Below, in pieces: positions 27,425 through 37,641 of a DNA stretch of 64,000 bases. Positions within the stretch are counted from its first letter, which is position 1. The number at the start of each line of letters is the position of its first letter. Made by a program: the position numbers and the translations under genes. Below the pieces are notes generated by a model that saw only the letters and a list, made by a program, of their open reading frames with translations, did no database searches and had not been told where the DNA came from. The DNA is from the human T2T-CHM13v2.0 reference genome, Homo sapiens. Location of the stretch: assembly GCF_009914755.1 (NCBI RefSeq), contig NC_060929.1; one strand, written 5' to 3'.

Positions 27425-30400
27425 AGAAAGTCATTTCTGAGAAACAATAGTGTTTTGTTGTTGTTTTGATTTTGTCCTTGCAGGAAGGGACAAAATTTTG
27501 TCCTTCAGCTACTGGAAACAAGAGCGAGGAAAAAGAGGAGCGTGCACTGTGGACATTCTCTCCATGTGGCTCAGCTCTTCCTCCAGGTGGGACATTAGGG
27601 TTGATGACCAGGAGAGGCTTGCATGCTCATGGAACCCCGTGGCCTCCATCAGCAGCGCTGGGGCGGGGAAGTGCTCCAGGAAGCTTTTGTGTCCTCGGAT
27701 GAACACGGACTGCCCCAGGAACACCTTCAAGGGTTTTGTGGGACTCAAGGGAGAAGATGAAGCCCTCCCAGAAGGCCCTGTCACTACAAGCTGAGGACCT
27801 CCTTGGGCAAAGACCAACTCTGACTCCAGCTCTGAATTCCATTGCAGCCAAATGGATATTTCTCGTCCCTCGGCCCTTGGTTGTTTTTCCTAACATTTTT
27901 TATTTCCAACCTACCCCTAGGTTTTCAGTGGCTTCCTTAGAATCAGTAAGAAGCCCTGCCAGTGCAGAGCACGTGCCTTTGCTTCTGCCCCAGTGCCTTC
28001 CTAACAGTCCAGAGACAGCCACACCCCACCAAGCCAAAGCCAGGACACCCTCTGGGTTCCTCATGCTCTGCCCAAGAACACTGTGCCACAGTGAGTGCCA
28101 GCCTCACCAATTTCTCCAGGTAAACAAACACTCCTAAAATTATTGGAAAATTGTTCCTCACACCTTTTATATTTTCAGTAAAAATGTAATAGAAAAATGT
28201 GTGGCTTTCATGCTGTATCCAAGGAAAAGACATATGACTTCCTTATTTTCCTTAACAGATGCCTGAATTTTCTAACAACTCAAATTTCAGGCAGGGGGTT
28301 GTTGGCAGTCAAAATAGAACCCTGGCTAAAAGCAATTAACTACCTTGTAGACATTTTTCTTTAGTTAGGAAATTCAGAGAACAGATCTTCAAATTTTTAT
28401 GAAAATATGTAATAGTCTCACTTCATCTTATTTATTTTTATATGTTGATATTGTCTAAAAAAATCCTCTATTTTTGTGATCTGTATGTAAAGGCCATGCA
28501 TGGCAAGCCTGGTTCGGCAATGTCCTTGTGCAGTAGAGGGCATGTCCCCGAACCAGCCCATAGCTGTGGGCAGCTCCCTGCAGCTGAGCCCCAGTCAATG
28601 GGTGGTCAATGCTCTTCACCAATGATGGGATTAATGAAAATCTCCCACAAGGTCCTTTGGACACTGGCCCTTTCTGTAATGATATTGGAGGCTCTTTCCC
28701 TCTGACAATGGTGGACCCTCAAGATAGCTCCTGTCCATAAGTCATTGCAGAGAGGATGAGGCCTGTCCACCTACATCCTTGTGAATAAGAAAGAAACTCT
28801 GATTCTTTAGAAGCCAGGGAGGTCTTAGGGTTTCTTAATTTATGTTTATCAGTACCGTGGGACTAAAATGCATTCTATTTACAAATAAGCTCAGATTTTA
28901 TTTTGAAGAGCTTCAGACAGGAACATCCAAAGAGTGGGAACCTCTTGAGATGTTGTCATCAGGTATGTGTGTGTGTGTTTGAATTCAGACAGAATGCCAA
29001 CACAGAGCCAGGCACTGTCCCGGGGAAGTGATTTGGCTCTGCCCTTCAGAACAGCCGTGACCACAGTGATTGTCATTGAGATGTGTCATGAGAACTCAGT
29101 GAGATGATGCCCATCACGTTTTTCTATAACCCTCTAATTCAGTAGATACAAAATTAATCTTCTTTTTACTCTGCTATCTTTCACTTTCCCTGCCAGAAAA
29201 GAAGTCCATTTCCTGAAACAGAGATCAAGGATGTCATCAGCGCAGCTTCTCTCTTTTAATGATTTGTCAGTATTTTAGAAACACAGAGAAGACATAGAAC
29301 ATCTATATGAGACCTTCTCCCTGGTGGCTTGCTTTCTTGTCCTCTTTTCCAGCATAAGTACCACTTCCTTCAAATCTTAGTTTGGACGTCATTCTTCTCG
29401 GTCCGGGGCCTCGGTTAGCCATGCTCCACCTGCTCCTTCAGCAGCCTCCACCTCCTCTGGCTTTTACTCACTATCCTGCATCAAGGTCTCCCACAGCTCT
29501 GAGAATCCCTGCACTGAGCTTCAGCCCCAGAGGAGAGCCCTTTCTGTCAACCTCATCGCTTTGTCCAAATACCTGCCTCCTGGACAGGGTTTAAGACGAG
29601 ACGAATAAAGTAGGGAATGAAAAAAGCAGCATTTGGTGCAAATACACTATTGTTGAACACATGTGTCTGTGGTGTCACCTTCTAATATGCAAGTCACTGA
29701 CACACTGTCCTCCAGTGTTGTTTAAATCATGATTCTGGGCTATTTTCTACAACACTAAAGGGTGCATTTGTTAAACTGCTTAAGACGAGCAGAAGGCTTT
29801 ACTGGCTTTCTTTGTAAGCATAAAGCATCCTATTTCCATTTTAACCCATGTTACGAGTTGTCTGTGATGTTATTGTTCCTGAAACTCCAAACAGAACCCT
29901 CTAACTCGTTTCTTGCTCCTATTTTGTTCAAGCTGCGGCTGCTTATTCACATATGTGCTAGCGATAGTCAGTGAAGCAATTGCTTCCAGAAGAATATACA
30001 CAAATGCACAGATGAACGGCCAAATCCCTTATATCTGAGCACCTAACTTCCTGCAAAAAGAAGTTTCAGGATGGAATTTCAAAACACAATAAAGGAGAAT
30101 TTCTCAATATCCCTTTTTGAGAGTCATCTCCAAATTAAAAGATTTACAGATGTCTAAGTCACCTCCCAGGGAGGTGTTTCAAGCAATTGGTGCCACCCCA
30201 AGGCATAAAAGCATAAAGAAGAAGTTGCCTTTGTCATTGAGAACATTGTGCACTCTGCTGGCACGTGCCACATTATATACAAAGTGGTCCAATCATGTGA
30301 GGCCACACTGGATCTTGCAAAACAAAGTTTTTCTCTGTATTATGGCAAGTTGTTAATGTAACAGCAATGAAAATCCGACAGGTTTCGGGAGCTTCATTCG

Positions 30401-31326
30401 GGGACATCACCACTATTGTGAAGTGTAGCATAAACATCTTGGAGAGACACTTTGTCTACTTCAGCAAAGACAAAAGAAAGTGGTGACAGCACACACCTGA
30501 AGCTGACTCTTCTCTTTCCAGAGCACACACCCCAACTCTGCTCCTTCCTCCTGAGGGTCTAACGCAGTATTTCCTACTGTTGGGGAAAGTAAACTCGATC
30601 AAATGACTCAGGCCCTAGATGTTGGATGGCCAGGATGTGGCATAACCCCTCCACAGCTGGCGTTGCCCGGGGCAATAGCAAGGGGACTGTGAGGTGATGC
30701 CGCCAGTTGGGGCCAAAAATATTACGGGCATGTGTGCATGGGCACTCTCCAAGTACTGCACACCAAACTTGTAAATGCCCCATGCCTAGATGCAGCCAGA
30801 TGTCCAAACAGCTGACACACAGATGGATTTCTGTATTATATTCTCAGCCTGAACGTCAGAAGGGCGGGAGGCACAGAGCTGGTGTGCTTGCCTGTCAGGC
30901 CGCCATCACGTATCTCTGTCATCTCCAGCCTTGGATTCATTTACACACACATTCAAAAGTCCTAACCAAAGAGTTCTTCATGCCCATGACTCTGAGGCAT
31001 TACATGTAGATACAGGGAGACCAGACCATTCTCCACCTGCCTCTTATGTTTCTGCACATCTTGCCGGGAGAGGCACTGACTGCTTTTTGTTCCAGATCAT
31101 GTTTTCAAGGCTATCTGCATAGCAAAGCACCTTACAGCGCACAGAAATTGTCTCCCTGCAGAGCAGAGGGCGGGTCTACTTCCTGCCAGGATAATAAAGA
31201 TAATGTTTTCCTTCCATGTGACACGGCAGGCGAATCACATTTTTCGATACCAAAAATTTTATGCAAATGAAATCTATTAGCCACAAGCAGTAATTCCTGG
31301 TAAAAGTTTCTTAAGGGTAAAGATAA

Positions 31327-31629
<303 letters not shown>

Positions 31630-31863
31630 ACCAATTATTTTTTTACATCACTCCAGTCATGTTGGTGTGGTGAGACACCTAGGTAAGGCTTAGTGTTTAT
31701 CAAACACGTCTAAATCGGTGTGCTATGATTATGCAAGTTACAGACAGTGTTGTAGACACAGTCAGTATATCCACTGAATTCCTTGAACAGGTCGTCACAA
31801 GCACTATTTCGTGACTTTTTATGTTTCTAAGTTTTATGTCATTGCTTTTGCCCTGCTTTCTAA

Positions 31864-32250
<387 letters not shown>

Positions 32251-32278
32251 TAAAACAATCTTTCCATCAATAAAAAGC

Positions 32279-32981
32279 TCAATTATTTTTCAAATACCCA
32301 CTGCAACAATTAATCCAAAGCCTCACTGCTGAGCTCTGCTCAGTGATCCCAGCTCTGTGCGCAGCTGGGAAGCAGGGAAATCCTTCTAAGGCTATGGAAT
32401 TAAATGGGAGCTGGAGTGAGTTTGGGAAGGACAAGAATTTTCCACACGAGCATGGTCGTTAGCCAGTGTGGTGAAGCGGCAAGGCCACGAGGCACAGAAA
32501 ACGTGGTTTTTGTGTCGGAACTGTTTTGCACAGTTCGGGGGTGCTGCATATGGTTTCCTAGAACTAAGCAGTTACTTTCCTCATCTCTTTTGTGCATCTC
32601 TTCAGTTCGGGGATGGAGCGTGTAATTTGAGTAAAAAACAATATTGTTAGAAGTAAGTCGCAGACTAGAGACAGACCCCATTTGGGGTAGAAGCTTGCAC
32701 AGAATATAATGGGGAAACTGAGACAGGCCTCATTAACAGAAGAGCTGACGCAAAAACCACGTTTTCTGTGCCTCACGGCCTTGCCACTTCACCCTACCGG
32801 GTAACGATCATGCTGGCGTGGAAAATTCTTGTCCTTCCCGAACTCACTCCAGCTCCTGTTTAATTCCATAGCATCAGGATTTCCCTGCTTCCCAGCTGCG
32901 CACAGAGCTGGAACCAGTGAGCAGAGCTCAGCAGTGAGGCTTTGGATTAATTGTTGCAGTGGGTACTTGAAAAGTAATTGA
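32279..32981. repeat. Long inverted repeat of non-Alu/non-L1 sequence: arms 32279-32516 and 32747-32981, spacer 230 bp
   Basis: Manual alignment of the left arm to the reverse complement of the right arm shows about 19 substitutions plus one small indel block over ~237 bp (about 90% identity). Perfect runs of 48 bp and 36 bp. Confidence 0.97.
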
Positions 32982-33379
32982 TTTCCATACTCAGTTTGAA
33001 CTCAATTGAAAAATCATTTATAGACTTCACTTTATGGGTGAGACGCAGAGCCAAGTACAGTGGGTTCCAGGCCACAACAGCTGAACGGAGGAGGCAGCGC
33101 GGCCCCTGCCCAATTGCGACCTATGTCAAATAATAAAAATAATAATAATAATAAGTATTATTCTCTGAATTATATTACTAACAAATTAAATGCCTTATTG
33201 AGTTGGCACACGATAGCAATAATACGTTTTGTCTCACTTCCCTGTAAAAATCGGTCCGTGTTTTTGTAAGATCCTTAAAAGCAATGCTAACCGGCACTCA
33301 CATTTCAGTACTAGGCTGAGATTTCTACCAGTTTTCTTAAAACGGATCACTGAGTAGAACCCATGAGCTATTTGGGAAG

Positions 33380-34700
33380 ACATCGCTGCAACCTCACAGT
33401 CCCCCTGCAAAGGCAGAGGCCTCAGGTGAGGCGGGGCGCGGGGTGACTGGAACCCGAGTTTTCAGCGAGGACTCGCTCTTCCTCTGCACTAAGTTCTATG
33501 AGCAGTGGCGGCAGGTGCGTCTCCGGAGATTCCCCTGCCATAGACCAGCCGTCCAGTGACCACAGCGGACGCCCTGGCCTCTCCCTGCTTCTCCCAAGCC
33601 CGTGGCTTCTCCCTGACTTGGCTTCCCCATGGGAATGCTCTGACCTCCGGCCTGCGGCCGTTTCTTCTTCTCCATCTTCAGTTGCTGGTGCTCCTGGGTG
33701 GACTCTTCGGAGGGCTCTTTGAAGGCCACCCAGGAGCACCTTTCTCTCGCCCTGCAGGCATCCCCAAGTCCCATCGCAGCACCCGCTTCCTTGGCTGGGA
33801 ATCCTTCTCAGGAAAAGCTCGGTGTCTGTTTGTTTGTTTTTCCAGCTTCAGTCCACTCCCGAGGCGTTGGGTCCCCTCCCCTCTGGAGACGGCGCCCGCG
33901 CGGCTGCCCAGGCTGCAGGGCCTGGGGACACTCCGGGACCCTCCTGCCCTGAGGACCCTGCGCCAGGAGGGCGCCCCTTTTACCCCCAGGGCGACCGGTG
34001 CTGTGCTGCCACCTAGGGGCCGCTCTACGCACTGCAGGTCAGCCGGGCCCGCAGTCCCCAGGTGCTAACAATCTGGTTTCTGCTGTTCTTTTGTTGTTCA
34101 ATTTTTTATTTTAATTTTTGTGGATACATAGTAGAAGCATATATTTATGGGGTACATGAGATGCTTTTATCCAGGCATGCAATGTGTTCTAATCACATGA
34201 AAAATGGGGAACCCGTCCCCTCAAGTATCCATCCTTTGTGTTACAAACAATCCAGTTACACTCTTTTTAGTTATTTAAAAATGTACACTTGAATTATTCT
34301 TGACTATAGCCACCCTGCTGTGCCAGCAAACACTACATCTTATTCAACGCTAACAATCTGGGCTGTCAAAAGGAGAAGGGTTGCTGTAGCGGAGGGGCTT
34401 AGAGGTGAGCATTTGTTTGTCTCACCCTTCCCCCTGCAGAGCGGTGCCTGTTCTTACAGCCATTTGTAAATGCTGGCCTTGAGCCACACCAAGCATCCAG
34501 GTAGAGCTGGGAGCTTCACCCATAGGCTGGGAGCACCGTGAGGGGGACCTGCAGTCCAGGACGGCCACGGTGGTGCAGGGAGGCCCCGCACTGCGGGAGG
34601 AGCTGGTCATGACCCAGGGCCAGCACCAGAGTGGCTACCCAGGGCGCCAGGCACCCATAGGACTGGGAAAGCCAGGAGAGGCCAGAGAGGGGAAGGGAAT
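33380..34700. promoter_or_regulatory. CpG-island-like GC-rich region (core ~33400-34063), split by an L1 fragment
   Basis: High GC and dense CpG (gcggggcgcgggg, ggcgcccgcgcggc, gccgggcccgc) against a CpG-poor background. Upstream gcagcgcggcccctgcccaat (CCAAT) near 33094-33113. Confidence 0.7.
34077..34348 (-). mobile_element. 5'-truncated L1 (L1MA/L1PB-like) 3' end with perfect 13-bp TSD
   Basis: T-rich tail, then ttttgtggatacatagtag..atatttatggggtacatgag. TSD gctaacaatctgg at 34064-34076 and 34349-34361. Confidence 0.85.
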
Positions 34701-34809
34701 TGGCAACTTCTAAAAGAAATGCGAGAAAGAGCCTGGGAAGTACCAGAAGGAAGAAAGTCGTCCCTGGGGCTTGAGGCATAGAGAGAACTATGTCTCGAGT
34801 AAACCAAAG

Positions 34810-35294
34810 GTGTTTCCATGGTACCTGGAATTTTTTTTTAAGTCAGGGATGATGGGACTCACAGACACAGAAAGATTGTCATGAAGAAAGAAGTTTATCC
34901 TTGCAGATCCCTGGACAGAGGAGTCACGCCTGGCCACACAGAGACGCACAGCCAACCAGGTGGGCAAGGGAGCGAGGGGAGCGTGGGCCAGAGAAGGCTC
35001 AGATCAGCTAACCTGAATCATTGAATCATTTTAGCAGGCTCAGGGGCGAGGGGCTGTCCCTTCCTGTCTGGTCCCTGGCCTGGCGTGATTTGGGCAGGTG
35101 CATGGTGGCCCGGAGTGTGAGGGCCACAGAGAAGGTGGTTGGAGCATGGACTCCAGGTGGTTGGTTTGATTTGGAAAGCACAGCCCTGGGTTCTAAGAAC
35201 CAGCTCATTCTGGCAAGGGCAGTACCTCCAGGGTCAGCAAGACCCCAGATGTCCAAGCACCAGAATTCAGAAAATAAAAGAATTCATTAATACA
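34810..35294 (-). mobile_element. ERVL-class LTR (MER74/MER73-like)
   Basis: Reverse strand begins tgtattaatgaattcttttattttctgaattctggtgcttggacatctggggtcttgctgaccctggagg. Left boundary approximate. Confidence 0.6.
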
Positions 35295-36270
35295 AAAGAC
35301 AACATGCAGCCATTGCTCAGAAGCACTGCCTGGGGCCCAGGCTGCCGGCCTCTTGTTGCCCAGGTCTCTGTGCCCAGTGTTCAGCAGCAGACACTTGTGG
35401 AATTGGCTTTTGAGAAGCAAGGGGCTGGGCTTTGAAGAATGAATGCCAAAGGTTGAATCCCAAGGCAAGACATACTGCCGCTGGACAGGAGGAGATGCCT
35501 GCATCTGCTCAGAAGTTCACACCTAAGGAGGGTTTCAAGCGTTCCAAGATAACAAAAAGTGCTCCCCAAAATAAGACTTACCATAAATAACAGATGAACA
35601 AAATAATCAATCGAAAAGTCTGTCCCATGTCCAACAGTAGTCCAGATGCTGGGGTAGGGGATCCAAAAGAAGGGGGAGGATGTCACTGACTGCCACCTCC
35701 ATTCAGCTGCCCAGGTTAGAGGTAAGTTAACACAAACACAGAAACTTAAGAGTAACAGAGACTGAATCCGGAATATTTGTATCTCTTTCTCCACATGGCA
35801 ACTCAAGCCATTTTATACAATAATATTTATGTATAGATCCAAACCTTCATGGCAGCATGCACATGCTGGACTCTGGAAACAGTTTTATAAGGAGTCAGAA
35901 TTCCCAGCCGTTGTCCAAGGTCCAAGATTCCTGCATTTTCCTCATTCTAGTGTTTCAGAGAGTGGACAAAAAGAGCATCATTTACTTAACCTTCCCATTT
36001 TATTTGGCATTGGATTATTTCCTGTTTTCATGATTACAAAAACTTCTGCACTCATTATGTCCATATGTATATTTTGTACTCAAATATGTACACAAACATA
36101 TAAGTATTATATAGGTACTACAGGTATTATGTATTCTAACAGTATTTATAATCATGAATGTGTGTATATATTAGAGATATTAGCTTATGGGAATGAGCAA
36201 CTATAAGAACATTTTCCTGAAATGAAATTGTTCTCTCCAGCAGCAGTTATTCTGAATGCTTCTTCCTTGC

Positions 36271-36690
36271 AGAGTCCTCTCCTCCACTGGGTACTCACGG
36301 GTCCCTCCTCCCTCCAGAGTCCTCTCCTCCACTGGGTACTCACGGGTCCCTCCTCCCTCCAGAGTCCTCTCCTCCACTGGGTACTCACGGGTCCCTCCTC
36401 CCTCCAGAGTCCTCTCCTCCACTGGGTACTCACGGGTCCCTCCTCCCTCCAGAGTCCTCTCCTCCACTGGGTACTCACGGGTCCACCCTCCCTCCAGAGT
36501 CCTCTCCAGCACTGGGTACTCACAAGTCCACCCTCCCTCCAGAGTCCTCCCCAGCAGTAGATACTCATGAGTCTTCCCTCCATCCAGAGTCCTCTCCAGC
36601 ACTGAGTACTCATGAGTCCACTTTTCCTGCAGAGTCATAGGTACCTCCAGCTGTAGGTACTCAGGAGTCCATCCTCCCTCCAGAGGCTTT
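36271..36690. repeat. 45-bp minisatellite (VNTR), about 9 copies
   Basis: Unit agagtcctctcctccactgggtactcacgggtccctcctccctcc at 36271, 36316, 36361, 36406 (identical), then progressively diverged copies at 36451-36676. Confidence 0.95.
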
Positions 36691-36929
36691 GCCAGCACGG
36701 GTTATGCAGGAGTCTCTGCTTCCTACATTTTCCTAAATCACCACCTGGCTCTGTCCTAGCTGTCAGGACACATGCGGGCCTCTGAGAGGATCCTGTCACA
36801 TTGATTATTTCCTGTTTTATAAAAGTACTAGACTTATTAATTACTATTTCTAGAAGTATGTGCCTGTTATTTTTATAATGTTAAGTGTTCAATCTGCGGG
36901 TGTGCAGTGCTTGGCATATAATATCTGCT

Positions 36930-37135
36930 ATGCTCTCTGTGCTGCTGGGCACTGGTGCAAGTGGTTGCCATTTGTTAACTCTTTTCTTCCCCCCACAAAT
37001 CCACGTGATGGGTTCTTTCGTCTTGTTTTACAAATGAGAGAGAGACAGCGGAAGCACAGAGTAATCACGTAGCTTGCCCAATGCCTGCCATTGGCATTGG
37101 GCCACCTGCTCCCAAGCCCATATGCTTCACCACTG
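36930..37135. mobile_element. MIR SINE
   Basis: ctgggcactggtgcaag ... ttttacaaatgagaga..gaagcacagag..agcttgcccaa. Confidence 0.55.
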
Positions 37136-37428
37136 ACCTGCGCTTTATAAATTCCTGGTTAGACACATTGCAACCTTCAGTTAATGGGGAGGTTTTGATT
37201 CACGGAAATGTGTGGAGATGTTCTTAAGTTAATTGGCTTATAAAAGTTATTTAACAGAAAGATAAAGCTGTTTGCACCCCTACAGAAAATAGTTCTAGAA
37301 TTTGTTATCTTATTAAATGGATGTAACTCCATTTTTTGTTGATGAGCTGAGGATCTTAGCTTTTTTACGTATTGAGTTACTTCAGGAAAGTTACTTTACT
37401 TCTTTTTGCCTAATTTTCCTCTTCTCTA

Positions 37429-37641
<213 letters not shown>

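Noticed and set aside
32261-32988. 7-bp direct repeat tttccat near both ends of the inverted repeat, as a possible TSD of a foldback transposon
   Set aside because: The left copy is 11 bp away from the arm end and overlaps the neighbouring Alu TSD, so a chance match is likely.
33422-34068. ORFs of 92-170 aa in the CpG island
   Set aside because: No recognisable domain, several appear to use non-ATG starts, and long stop-free frames are expected in GC-rich DNA.
36185-36698. Repetitive ORFs of 104-165 aa on both strands
   Set aside because: A by-product of the 45-bp VNTR unit lacking stops in several frames. No independent coding evidence.
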